DNA of 58,156 nucleotides from the IMG/VR virus record IMGVR_UViG_3300021976_000015, positions 1-58,156 of that record, one strand, 5' to 3'. A program made the translations under genes and the position numbers. Positions 5,659 through 14,550 of the stretch are shown here, piece after piece. Position 1 is the first letter of the stretch; each line of letters starts with the position of its first letter. The stretch comes from a virus. Taxonomy: Duplodnaviria; Caudoviricetes. The notes under the pieces were generated by a model. The model had not been told where the DNA came from, ran no database searches, and was given only the letters and a program-made list of their open reading frames with translations.

Positions 5659-6792
5659 ATGGCATTTTCAGCAATGGAAATTTTAGACCAAACAATGACC
5701 GATATGCAGGATTCTTTTGTCCAGAGTGGACAACTTTCGCAACAGTCCAGGGTGATCAACAAGCATGGGACGGCACGGATCACCAGCGGGAAGAAACCCA
5801 AGACGGTAAGTAAGGCCATCCACCCGTGGAGCAAGATCGAAGCCGTCTACGTGGAAGGTCTTCCAGAGACCCACAAAGATGGAAGAACGATCCTCAACTA
5901 CCCGAGTCACCAGGCGGTAGCGGACTTGTTCGCGATCAGTGTCGCGACAGTCCGGCAGAGGGCAGCACGAGAACAGTGGACAACCAGGCGAGAACAACAT
6001 CAGGCACAACTTGCCGCGCAGAGGCGACAGGAACGTCATCGGGAACTTGCTCAGTACGCCAGTGACATCGATGAGAAAGCCGTACATCTCAGTCGTACGG
6101 GGCTTTCCATCGTTCAGGCACGCATCTTGGAGCTTGCCGAGAAAGCCAAGGATCGCGAGATCTGGAAGGAAGACAAGCAACTCTGTGAAGCAAGCGGTAC
6201 ACGGTTCATCCGACCCGAACCCAAGCCGGTTGACGCGAGGGAACTTGACCAACTTGCCGCAGCCGCAACCAAGTGGCATGCGTTGGGTAGACAGGGTTTA
6301 GGCGATGACGTCACGAAGCTTCAGATAACCGGTCCAGACGGTGGACCCGTCCAAACCATTCATGCGCACATGGTCAAGGAAGACCCAGAACGCTTGTCAA
6401 AGGTCCTCGATGCCCTGAAGAGAAGCAACGTCCTCACTGCCCTCATGGGTATGGAGGAACCGATAGAAGCCGAACTTGTGGACGAGATCCCTTACACAGC
6501 GGCAATCGAAGTCATTCCCGACCCATACGAGCACATGACCCAAGAGAACGGGTACGACATCCAATCGGCAGATGCGGGGGTAGGTAGAGGAGAAGATCAG
6601 GGGGTAGGTAGAGGGGATGTCATTCTAGAAACCCCCTCAGATCAACCGAGAGCAATCAAGCACGTCATCCCACCCATTGACCCCAACCCCCTGGGGTTAA
6701 GTCCTCAGAATCAAGCTGAGAGGGATGTGGGGGTAGATACGGGGGTTAGAAGGGTGACCCCAACAAGACGCACGAGGAAGACGCGGGAGTAA
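5659..6792 (+). CDS. terS: terminase small subunit (putative)
   Basis: N-terminal HTH-like segment (SHQAVADLFAISVATVRQRAAREQW), a helical middle, and the typical TerS LQITGPDGGPVQT motif. Start uncertain. Confidence 0.65.
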   Translation: MAFSAMEILDQTMTDMQDSFVQSGQLSQQSRVINKHGTARITSGKKPKTVSKAIHPWSKIEAVYVEGLPETHKDGRTILNYPSHQAVADLFAISVATVRQRAAREQWTTRREQHQAQLAAQRRQERHRELAQYASDIDEKAVHLSRTGLSIVQARILELAEKAKDREIWKEDKQLCEASGTRFIRPEPKPVDARELDQLAAAATKWHALGRQGLGDDVTKLQITGPDGGPVQTIHAHMVKEDPERLSKVLDALKRSNVLTALMGMEEPIEAELVDEIPYTAAIEVIPDPYEHMTQENGYDIQSADAGVGRGEDQGVGRGDVILETPSDQPRAIKHVIPPIDPNPLGLSPQNQAERDVGVDTGVRRVTPTRRTRKTRE

Positions 6793-7190
6793 TGCCCACA
6801 CACAACAGGTACGGGTATGCGGGTACCCACTACACGGACTACACCCGGATAGACAGGGAGTGGCAGGGGGAAGCCGCGTGTGTGGGTAGGTACAGGTTCT
6901 TTGATCACCAGGCCACAAAGGTGGAAAGGCAGGTAGGTAGGGGGATCTGCATACGGGAGTGCACGGTGAGGAAGGAATGCAGGGTGTACGCATACCAACT
7001 CACACCCCATGACAGGGTGGGATGGGGAGTAATAGCAGGGATGAATGTGAGTGGAACAGGGGTGATAGGTACCCGTACACATACCCCCCTACCTATACCC
7101 CCTATGCCCCTGCCCCTACCTATAGGCATACCCCTACCTACCACTGCACCTATAGGCACCTGCATAAAGGCACTATCCACTTTGGAATAG
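6792..7190 (+). CDS. WhiB-family Fe-S transcription factor
   Basis: W..EAAC...FF...IC..EC.V..EC..YA...GWGVIAG: four Cys and a variant of the GVWGG turn. Confidence 0.7.
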   Translation: MPTHNRYGYAGTHYTDYTRIDREWQGEAACVGRYRFFDHQATKVERQVGRGICIRECTVRKECRVYAYQLTPHDRVGWGVIAGMNVSGTGVIGTRTHTPLPIPPMPLPLPIGIPLPTTAPIGTCIKALSTLE

Positions 7191-7782
7191 GCAGGGAAGG
7201 CAATGGGGTATGTGCATTGATAAAGAATGTATGTCCATTGTGGAAAAGTGAGAAAAGTTTTAATGGGGTGGCTGGTGGGAGAAACACCCCAAACACAACC
7301 AGCACTCATACATATTAACTAGGGTCATCGCCACCTACGTCATGATCAAGCACCACCTCAAAGACTAACCACCTCAAAACAAAGGACCTAGGGTCATACA
7401 CACTTAGGTCATGAAGCAAGGTGTACACTGAAGTTTCCTCTGGCCAGGAGATCGAAGGTCCCGAGGTCCCGAAGGGGAGCAAGACGCAGGGATCTACGCC
7501 CCCATGTAGACACCCCGAACTTGCTCCCCTTCCCCATGTCCAAGATGGGCATGTTCGTCCAAGACCTCTGAGAGCTTGCGTGTCTTCAGGGGTTACCCAG
7601 GACACCAGGTGAGGGCTGTTAGGCCCGTAGAGACGATCCTGTGGCGATGAGGGGCATGACCTGCACGTATGGAGTGCCCCCTCCACCAAATTTTGCTGCC
7701 TCCCACACCCCTGTACCGTCTTGTACTATCTACCTAGGGTCATCAGGACCATGGTGAAGGTACGAGGAGGAAGAGGTACGGC

Positions 7783-8451
7783 GTGATGGAAGACGTGTAC
7801 GACCCCACCGATGACGTGGACACCGATGAGTACGGGTGGGAGGACACCGAAGGCAACCTCCAGGACCTGCTCTACCTACTCCGGTGTGAGGAGGAGGGGT
7901 GTGACTTCAGGAAGCAGACGAACTTCCCCGCGACGCGAAACCTTCATCGGCGTATCCATGCCAACCAACACGGCCACCAGAACTTCTGGGAAGCCGAGAT
8001 TCAACATGTTCGAACCAAAGAAGAACAAATTCATGGGCATGCCAAGGAAAAACAGATGTTGGTGCACGACCTACAAGAGACCTTGGACGAACTTCGACAG
8101 GAAACGGATGTGTTCGGCTTGAGTGACTGGCAGCTCATCTCCATGTGGATCCCCATGTACCCCGTGGAGGAGAGGTACTACTTCCCGCGCGGAAGTCGGT
8201 TGGTGGGTGTTCATCTCAACGACGAGAACAACGTGAGCCTCACCGTCATGCAGGCCAGCGAAGAACTTCCGCCCGAGGAGCATGTTCTCGGTTCGGTGGT
8301 TTCTCCCGGACGACCAACACTTCCCGCGAACACCACCTACATCGGTTCGGTGAACTTCCCGCTTCCCGACGGGAAGTGGAGTGGGATGGGTAACCGTCCC
8401 TACCGGACCATTCACTACTTGGACACCATCGTTCGCGGAGATGAAAAGTGA
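7783..8451 (+). CDS. hypothetical protein with C2H2 zinc-finger-like motif
   Basis: CEEEGC...HRRIH motif, a coiled coil and a C-terminal beta domain. SD upstream. Confidence 0.7.
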   Translation: MMEDVYDPTDDVDTDEYGWEDTEGNLQDLLYLLRCEEEGCDFRKQTNFPATRNLHRRIHANQHGHQNFWEAEIQHVRTKEEQIHGHAKEKQMLVHDLQETLDELRQETDVFGLSDWQLISMWIPMYPVEERYYFPRGSRLVGVHLNDENNVSLTVMQASEELPPEEHVLGSVVSPGRPTLPANTTYIGSVNFPLPDGKWSGMGNRPYRTIHYLDTIVRGDEK

Positions 8452-8536
8452 ACATGGGTGTTCGATTTTTAGTTTGATGGGTGTCAAGACAAGAAGTTGG
8501 TGAAAAGAAGGAAAGCGAACACCACTGTTCGATTTT
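8450..8536. promoter_or_regulatory. pair of palindromic operator-like sites GAACA-N4-TGTTCGATTTT
   Basis: Copies at 8450-8469 and 8517-8536 in an AT-rich intergenic gap. Confidence 0.45.
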
Positions 8537-8575
8537 CATGAAGGACCAGAACTTACGAAGAAGGAGGAAAACCCA

Positions 8576-8842
8576 GTGCCAGAAGCAAAAGAAGGAAGTT
8601 TTGACGAAGACGCCTACCAACAGGAGTTGGAAGACTTCTACTTCGCGGATCTCAAGATGAGTTTGACCAGCCACTACCGAAGCGCCTATGGAAGCAAACA
8701 AGGCAGTGCGGTGTGGAAGAACGACGACGATCTGAACGAGATCTCCCGAACGTTGGCCATGTACCTCGCCTACGGGCGGAAGCAAGACATCTCCTACCCG
8801 TTGAGGATCAAGTTTCGCGAAAGTGCGATGAGGCAGTCGTGA
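8576..8842 (+). CDS. paralog family A protein 1
   Basis: FDEDAY...YG...G..VW...L......LA.YL......YPLRIKF. Confidence 0.75.
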   Translation: MPEAKEGSFDEDAYQQELEDFYFADLKMSLTSHYRSAYGSKQGSAVWKNDDDLNEISRTLAMYLAYGRKQDISYPLRIKFRESAMRQS

Positions 8843-9105
8843 ACTTTGACGAGAAGGACTACATCCAGGCGCAGAAGGAGTACTTCCGCGACAACCTTGC
8901 CGACAACATGCAGATCTTCTACGGCGTCATAGGAAAGGACGACCAGGGACGCGACACGTACACCGGGGAAATAGCGTGGAACACCAAGGAACTTCTTCTG
9001 GCCCGTGCACACGTGTTGGCGAACTACCTGGCCACCGAACGTGACCACCACACCCCGTATCCGCTCACCATCAAGTTCCGTCACACCACCAGGAGGGAGA
9101 TGTAG
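8839..9105 (+). CDS. paralog family A protein 2
   Basis: GTGA overlap. FDEKDY...YG...GEIAW...LANYL...YPLTIKF. Confidence 0.75.
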   Translation: MNFDEKDYIQAQKEYFRDNLADNMQIFYGVIGKDDQGRDTYTGEIAWNTKELLLARAHVLANYLATERDHHTPYPLTIKFRHTTRREM

Positions 9106-9351
9106 ATGGAGTTCGACGAGATCGAGTACAGCAACAAAGTCGATGAGCTAAACGCGGAGTCCATCGCGAGCACCTTCCAGTGGAAGCACGGCAACGCCAG
9201 GCCGTGGAAGGGGAAGTTCGAGTGGGACGACAGGGAAGTCCTTCTTGGAGAAGCACGTCTTTTCGCCAACTACATCCGGATGTCCAAGACGAACTTCAAC
9301 TACCCGATCACGATCAAGATCAAGCCGACCCTGAAGAAGGTGGAGGAGTGA
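9106..9351 (+). CDS. paralog family A protein 3
   Basis: FDEIEY...GKFEW...FANYI...YPITIKIKP. Confidence 0.75.
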   Translation: MEFDEIEYSNKVDELNAESIASTFQWKHGNARPWKGKFEWDDREVLLGEARLFANYIRMSKTNFNYPITIKIKPTLKKVEE

Positions 9352-9596
9352 TGGACGACGAGTTCGACGACCAGGACTACTTCGCGCACCTGGAAACGAT
9401 CATCTACCAGATGGTGAAGTTCCAGATGACCAAGAACTACGGGCGCGGAGATGGAAGTGGCATCTTCGCGTGGGCCGAAGAACCACAACTTGGTGTGGTT
9501 GCCCGGCACCTCGCGCGAGTGTCGAAGGCGACGATCCAAACCAACCTCTACCCGCTCACCATCCGGACCAAGCCCATGGCGAAGAGGGTGATCTAG
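9351..9596 (+). CDS. paralog family A protein 4
   Basis: TGATG overlap. FDDQDY...NYG...GIFAW...HLA...YPLTIRTKP. Confidence 0.75.
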   Translation: MDDEFDDQDYFAHLETIIYQMVKFQMTKNYGRGDGSGIFAWAEEPQLGVVARHLARVSKATIQTNLYPLTIRTKPMAKRVI

Positions 9597-9806
9597 ATGA
9601 ACATCCGCGAGATTTCGCAACACATCTTCCGGTACATGTCCCACCAGTACGGGGAGGAAGCCAACACAGGCGTCTTCATGTGGGCAACCGCCGGACGTCT
9701 CGATGACATGGCCGATGACTTGGCGTCGTACATCAACCACCAAGGGCGGATCGAGCCAGTTCCGATTCACATCAAGATCAAGCCCGTCCTGAAGAAGGTG
9801 ATCTAG
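9597..9806 (+). CDS. paralog family A protein 5
   Basis: QYG...GVFMW...DLASYI...PIHIKIKPVLKKVI. Confidence 0.75.
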   Translation: MNIREISQHIFRYMSHQYGEEANTGVFMWATAGRLDDMADDLASYINHQGRIEPVPIHIKIKPVLKKVI

Positions 9807-10040
9807 ATGAAGGTGAAGATCGATAAGAACTACTTGGAAGCACTCATCTCCGACTACATCGTCCTCAACTACGGGTTCGACGAGTACGGAACTCCCAAGG
9901 ACGAGAAGTTCGAATACCACGGGGATGCCGATTACGCGGCAGAAGAGCTTGCCGAGCACCTCATCGCGAACACCCACACGTGGGCACATTTGCCGGAAGT
10001 GCAACTCGTGATCAAGGCAAGAAGAGGAGTGAAGCGATGA
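9807..10040 (+). CDS. paralog family A-like protein 6
   Basis: NYG...KFEY...ELAEHL...LVIKA. Confidence 0.65.
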   Translation: MKVKIDKNYLEALISDYIVLNYGFDEYGTPKDEKFEYHGDADYAAEELAEHLIANTHTWAHLPEVQLVIKARRGVKR

Positions 10041-10264
10041 CCGAGGACGAGTTCATGCACCCGCGCGACGAGATCGCCGGGTATCTCTACGGCCGGTTCG
10101 AGTTCGACCGTGAGGACGACAGCTACGTGATCCAGGCCGATGCGTTCGAGGACGTCATCGATTGGCTTGCCGCGAAGATCCAGAACGAGACGGACGCCTG
10201 CAAGATCGAGGTGGGACTTCTGCGCGAAGAACTGGACAAGGCCAACGCGCGGGGTGCGAAGTGA
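10037..10264 (+). CDS. hypothetical protein
   Basis: ATGA overlap and SD. MTEDEFMHPRDEIAGYLYGRF... Confidence 0.65.
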   Translation: MTEDEFMHPRDEIAGYLYGRFEFDREDDSYVIQADAFEDVIDWLAAKIQNETDACKIEVGLLREELDKANARGAK

Positions 10265-10497
10265 ACCTGTCCCAGCGCGCCATCGCCAACCTCATCGCGA
10301 ACCACTTCGTGAGTCACTACTCGATGCAGAGCGTGCAACGAGGCAGCTTCGTCTGGAGGAGCCCCGACCAGCTCGACTTCATGGTCGTCCGTCTCGCCGC
10401 GACGATCCGAAGCGCCGACCACTTGGCGTCGCCCATGCCACGGTCTATCCCGCTCGTGATCAAGACCCTGCCCAAGACAAGGAAGATCGATGGATGA
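10261..10497 (+). CDS. paralog family A-like protein 7
   Basis: GTGA overlap. SHYS...GSFVW...RLAATI...IPLVIKT. Confidence 0.65.
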   Translation: MNLSQRAIANLIANHFVSHYSMQSVQRGSFVWRSPDQLDFMVVRLAATIRSADHLASPMPRSIPLVIKTLPKTRKIDG

Positions 10498-10639
10498 CAA
10501 CCAGAAACCAGCCGAGACCACCACTCAGTACGTCTTCAGGGTGCTGGAGAAGGAGATCGGCCCGGAGTACGCGAACGAAGTGATGAACGCCCTTTACGAG
10601 GAGTTCGTCGAGGACGAGAAGGAGCACCGCGATGGATGA
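10490..10639 (+). CDS. small acidic hypothetical protein
   Basis: MDDNQKPAETTTQYVFRVLEKEIG... Overlaps both neighbours. Confidence 0.55.
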   Translation: MDDNQKPAETTTQYVFRVLEKEIGPEYANEVMNALYEEFVEDEKEHRDG

Positions 10640-11642
10640 GTTCCGCACGGCCCTCCTAGAGGCCCTGTACGCGAATCTGAAGGACGAACACCAGGTGGCC
10701 GTAGACCCGGCCACCTTCGAGAAGTTCCGCCAGTACGAGTCCCCCCAGCGGCACCGGACCTTTCACGGCAAGACCTACGAACGTCCTGCTACCAACGAGG
10801 AGGTCATCGATGCCCTTCTTCCCACCATCACGCACTGGATGACGAGCGGGAAGTTCGCCCAAGAGTTGAGGAAGGCCCTCGCCGAGCAGACCAAGCAGAT
10901 CACCAAGGAAGTACAGGAGCACGACAGCGAAACCTTCGGCGCGAAGATCAAGACCAAGCGTCGCGAGGAAGGGTTGTCGCTGAGAGACCTCAGTGACCTG
11001 ATCGGGGTGTCCCCCATGGTCCTGTCGCGAACAGAACGCGGCGGAATGCCCCACGTGCGGCACTACAAGACCATCCGCGACTGGTTGAACAAGAACGACG
11101 ACGACTTCGTCAACCCCGAGATCACGAGTGCACCGATGTCCGAGGACGACCGTTACTGGATGAACCAAGCCGCATCGACGGTCACCAAGAAGGCAGACGA
11201 GAAGGGCGGTCGCCCGGACTGGGTGACCAGTGAAGAAGAGAAGCCGGTGCCGCCGTGGGCAAAGGATGCAAGCAAGCGAGCGGCAGAACCCCCCTCCACA
11301 GTTTCCAGCACAGTGGAAAGTGGTTATGAGCTTTTAAAAGACACCTCAAACTTCTATGAAGAAGACGAAGACCCCGAGTACATCAAGGGTCTGCTTGAAG
11401 AAGCGCGACGTGTAGGTCAGACAGGCAAGACCATGCCGCCGATGGAACCCGACCCGGATCTGATCCTGAACTTCGAGGAAGCACCGAGATGTCCGTACGG
11501 GGCCAAGGGATGTTCGTGTCGTGGCGATGCCGACCTGTACTACTGCCCAACAGGAGGCGAGAACGAGCATCCCGTGCACGGGGGCTTCGACGTGTGTTGC
11601 GTTCACCCCGAACTTCACGAACCTCCCAGGGAGGGGAAGTGA
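10632..11642 (+). CDS. XRE-family HTH domain protein with Cys-rich C-terminus
   Basis: FGAKIKTKRREEGLSLRDLSDLIGVSPMVLSRTERGG is a classic HTH_3 pattern. Confidence 0.75.
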   Translation: MDEFRTALLEALYANLKDEHQVAVDPATFEKFRQYESPQRHRTFHGKTYERPATNEEVIDALLPTITHWMTSGKFAQELRKALAEQTKQITKEVQEHDSETFGAKIKTKRREEGLSLRDLSDLIGVSPMVLSRTERGGMPHVRHYKTIRDWLNKNDDDFVNPEITSAPMSEDDRYWMNQAASTVTKKADEKGGRPDWVTSEEEKPVPPWAKDASKRAAEPPSTVSSTVESGYELLKDTSNFYEEDEDPEYIKGLLEEARRVGQTGKTMPPMEPDPDLILNFEEAPRCPYGAKGCSCRGDADLYYCPTGGENEHPVHGGFDVCCVHPELHEPPREGK

Positions 11643-11902
11643 AGCCCGACAAGCCCCTTCCATGGACCGGGTGGAAAGTCATCTCCGTCGTCGCGATAGC
11701 CAGACCCGGAGAAGCAGACCACCGCGTCAGGGACAGGTGTGACGCCATGCTTCAGGCATCGGCGGCCCGGTATCACTACAGGCAGATCGATTGGCGAACG
11801 GTGACCTACGTAACGCAGGACCGCCGCTTCACACAAGCCAGCGTGACTCTGGTTACCCCTACCTTGCTGACTGTCTGGGATCGCCGATGGAGGTACACAT
11901 GA
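11639..11902 (+). CDS. paralog family B protein 1
   Basis: GTGA overlap. ...IDWRTV...LTVWDRRWRY. Confidence 0.65.
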   Translation: MKPDKPLPWTGWKVISVVAIARPGEADHRVRDRCDAMLQASAARYHYRQIDWRTVTYVTQDRRFTQASVTLVTPTLLTVWDRRWRYT

Positions 11903-12195
11903 CATCCCTTCTGGTTAACGGCATCTACCTGCACATGAAGCGAACCTGGAGCATCGGTAGCGACACCATCTACATCAGCGGCCTGACGTCCAACGAGGTC
12001 GACACCATCGTCTATCTCAACTTGACCAACATCACGGAGAAGCTTGACGCCGAACCGGACTGGGATTCGCTTGTCGTGAGTTGCACGTACCCGGTTGGTC
12101 GTCCTCACGTAGCAAACGCGTGGGTCACCGTGACACGGAAAGCCAAGATCGTCCTCTTCAACCGCCGGGGGAGGTATCCGCGATGTACCCCCTGA
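11899..12195 (+). CDS. paralog family B protein 2
   Basis: ...PDWDSL...IVLFNRRGRY. Confidence 0.7.
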   Translation: MTSLLVNGIYLHMKRTWSIGSDTIYISGLTSNEVDTIVYLNLTNITEKLDAEPDWDSLVVSCTYPVGRPHVANAWVTVTRKAKIVLFNRRGRYPRCTP

Positions 12196-12467
12196 CCAAC
12201 GGGATCGTTCGCGAACGTCCCACTTTCACCGTCTCGACCATCATCTCCTGGGAAGAGGGACGTGCCCAGGTGTCGATAGAAGTTTTCGTCAGGTCGCAGT
12301 TGACGACCAAGGCGCGGGCTTACAAAGCCGTTCCGGATTGGTCCACGTTGCAGATCCATGGTTACGACCATGCAACCCACAGCTACCGGGGTGAAGTCAT
12401 CGTTCAGCGACCACCCTGGATCGTGCTGAGGAACCGCCGAGGGAGGTATATGCGATGGACGAGTTGA
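12183..12467 (+). CDS. paralog family B protein 3
   Basis: LTNGI...PDWSTLQI...GEVIV..P..VLRNRRGRY. Confidence 0.7.
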   Translation: MYPLTNGIVRERPTFTVSTIISWEEGRAQVSIEVFVRSQLTTKARAYKAVPDWSTLQIHGYDHATHSYRGEVIVQRPPWIVLRNRRGRYMRWTS

Positions 12468-12739
12468 CCGACGGGATCTTCCGCCAACTCCCAAGTTTCT
12501 ACCTCGACGCCGAGTTGCACTTCCGGGAGAGTCTCAGTGATTTACAGGTCAGAGAAAACTTGAAGTCGGAGTTGGCGTACAAGTCGTCGCGAATGAACCC
12601 CCGGTACATGCTGGACTGGTCAACGTTGCGGATTCGTCGCACGGACCGAGTCGGCAGTGTGTCCACCTATTTGGGTGAAGTCATCGTCTACCAAGCGCCT
12701 CAGGTCGTGCTGAGGAACCGCAGGAAGTGGTACCTGTGA
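12455..12739 (+). CDS. paralog family B protein 4
   Basis: LTDGI...LDWSTLRI...GEVIV..P.VVLRNRRKWY. Confidence 0.7.
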   Translation: MDELTDGIFRQLPSFYLDAELHFRESLSDLQVRENLKSELAYKSSRMNPRYMLDWSTLRIRRTDRVGSVSTYLGEVIVYQAPQVVLRNRRKWYL

Positions 12740-12993
12740 AATCGAAGACCTTCCCGACCTTCAAGACGGAGTTCCCTCTCGAAGCCAACATCGACAACAC
12801 CAGGGGTATGCGCGACGACGAGATCAGGAAGGAAATGAGGATCATGTTGTCGACCAACGCTTACCTCGTTAATGCCACGCCGAACTGGAACAAGTTCGTG
12901 TGGACACGAGGCGGAGGAGCAGCGTGGGGGCAGGTCTGGTGTCGACGAGCGCCCAAGGCCGTCCTCTACAACAGGAGGGGGCGGTACCTGTGA
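12736..12993 (+). CDS. paralog family B protein 5
   Basis: ...PNWNKF...AVLYNRRGRY. Confidence 0.7.
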   Translation: MKSKTFPTFKTEFPLEANIDNTRGMRDDEIRKEMRIMLSTNAYLVNATPNWNKFVWTRGGGAAWGQVWCRRAPKAVLYNRRGRYL

Positions 12994-13256
12994 ACAACAC
13001 CGAAGACCGCTATCACTGGTCCTGGATACGTGTGTCACTACCTCCCCCGCCGCGTCGCAAACGGAAGCACAACGCGATGCGGGACAAGGCCTATGAAGCA
13101 CTCTCCTGGGAGGTGTGGAAAACGCACAAGGCATGGCGCGTCGACGCGAGCCAGTACTGGTGGCACAAGAGGAACGGCGAGTACGGCGCGTACGTAAAAG
13201 CCTTCATCCCGAGAAAGCTCGTGACCCTCAAGTTCCGCCGTGGGAGGGAGTGGTGA
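12990..13256 (+). CDS. paralog family B-like protein 6
   Basis: GTGA overlap. ...VTLKFRRGREW. Confidence 0.6.
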   Translation: MNNTEDRYHWSWIRVSLPPPPRRKRKHNAMRDKAYEALSWEVWKTHKAWRVDASQYWWHKRNGEYGAYVKAFIPRKLVTLKFRRGREW

Positions 13257-13558
13257 ACTCCATGAAGTTGGTGATCAAGGACGTTCGTAAGGGCAACTGG
13301 ACGTTCACCTCGTTCATGGAGAAGCCACGGTTCGTGTACATCACCGCCACGAACCGCCATGAGGTGGGCAGGGGTGACTCCATCGTCAGGGAACTTCGCA
13401 AGGAGCTGATCAAGAAGGCCAAGAAAGAAAAGGGTGAGATCGAGTGGAGTTCATGGCAACGGACCTTCTCCTTCAACGGTGATCTGGTTTTCGCGCGAGT
13501 CAGGGTTGTTCTCAACGGAAAGATCCACCTCCTGGACCGATCGCGTAGGTACCACTGA
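13253..13558 (+). CDS. paralog family B-like protein 7
   Basis: ...IEWSSW...IHLLDRSRRY. Confidence 0.6.
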   Translation: MNSMKLVIKDVRKGNWTFTSFMEKPRFVYITATNRHEVGRGDSIVRELRKELIKKAKKEKGEIEWSSWQRTFSFNGDLVFARVRVVLNGKIHLLDRSRRYH

Positions 13559-13824
13559 TGAAAGAGATCGCCGTTTATACCGAGAACTGGTATCCGTACG
13601 ACACAGAGAGGAACTACGTCGCCGAAGCCACCGACCAGACGAGGTGGCTGATGAAGTACCGGTGGGCGGACTACACGCCGAACTGGAAATCGTGGAAAGT
13701 CCACGCGATGTGGGATTGGTCCCGCGTGGACAAGGGTGAGATCAAAGTCAACACCTCGATCCAGGTATGGCCGAAGCACATCACCCTTCGCGTGAGGAGG
13801 GGTGTCCGATGCCAGAGATCCTGA
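13558..13824 (+). CDS. paralog family B-like protein 8
   Basis: ...PNWKSW...ITLRVRRG. Confidence 0.65.
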   Translation: MKEIAVYTENWYPYDTERNYVAEATDQTRWLMKYRWADYTPNWKSWKVHAMWDWSRVDKGEIKVNTSIQVWPKHITLRVRRGVRCQRS

Positions 13825-14066
13825 AAACACAAGCCAGGTTCAGCGATCTCACAGGATGGTTATACCAACGAACGTCATACCCACGAACATTGAAGGAAGC
13901 GCTTGAGTACAACGCATACCTCAAAGGGTTGATCCTCAATCCGCTGACTTTCCAGTACCGCTGGGTCGAGTGGGACCCCAAGACCGGCAGAGGGATCGCC
14001 GAGGCAAGCGTCGAAGTGTTGTGTGGCAACAAAGTCACCATCAAGTACAGGAGAGGAGTGTCGTGA
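13809..14066 (+). CDS. paralog family B-like protein 9
   Basis: ...AEASVEV...VTIKYRRG. Confidence 0.6.
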   Translation: MPEILKTQARFSDLTGWLYQRTSYPRTLKEALEYNAYLKGLILNPLTFQYRWVEWDPKTGRGIAEASVEVLCGNKVTIKYRRGVS

Positions 14067-14362
14067 ACGAGTGCTTCAACCCTGGCGGGGATGTACCCGA
14101 CCCGAGAGTTAGGTACCGGGCCAAGCAGGAGACGTTCGCGGTCAAGATCACCGAAGAGAACATCGTCTCGGTGGGGAAGTGGGTCCACGCGGTCGCGGGT
14201 GGAAATGTTGAAGTTGCACGCCATGTGGACACCGACAAACTCCGTATGCACGTGAACGGGAGAACTTACGAGACCGGCCAGTACCTGTGGCTTGATGACA
14301 GCATGTCCATTCGCACCAACGGGTCGAACAACTTCGACGAGTTTTGGGAGGAGTGGTCGTGA
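14063..14362 (+). CDS. hypothetical protein
   Basis: GTGA overlap and SD. RYRAKQETFAVKITEENIVSVGKW. Confidence 0.65.
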   Translation: MNECFNPGGDVPDPRVRYRAKQETFAVKITEENIVSVGKWVHAVAGGNVEVARHVDTDKLRMHVNGRTYETGQYLWLDDSMSIRTNGSNNFDEFWEEWS

Positions 14363-14550
14363 GTGAACCTCGCTGGACCAGAGGCGGCGAAGGGAGGGAG
14401 CAACGGCTGATCTACTGCAACGGGTTGTTGGTCGGGATCATGGATACCCCTTCGTTCGCGAAGATGGTGGTCGACGCCATGAACGATCGCGACCGGGGCA
14501 GCATCTTCACCCCGCAGTACATGAAGAAGGTGTACGACGATGACGCGTAA
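14359..14550 (+). CDS. hypothetical protein
   Basis: GTGA overlap and GGAGG SD. Confidence 0.6.
   Translation: MSEPRWTRGGEGREQRLIYCNGLLVGIMDTPSFAKMVVDAMNDRDRGSIFTPQYMKKVYDDDA

Noticed and set aside
7735-7750. CUGAUGA on the minus strand near 7740 (also CTGATGA at about 13555, 27390 and 38626) as further hammerheads
   Set aside because: No matching GAAA or stem II/III arrangement nearby.
7190-7780. ORFs 7315-7689 (-) and 7421-7612 (+), and short CCACCTCAAA repeats
   Set aside because: No SD or protein-like features. The two 10-bp repeats are too short to interpret.
8450-8536. Canonical LexA SOS boxes
   Set aside because: Half-site spacing is N6 rather than the N4 of the actinobacterial consensus. 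Kept only as generic operator candidates.
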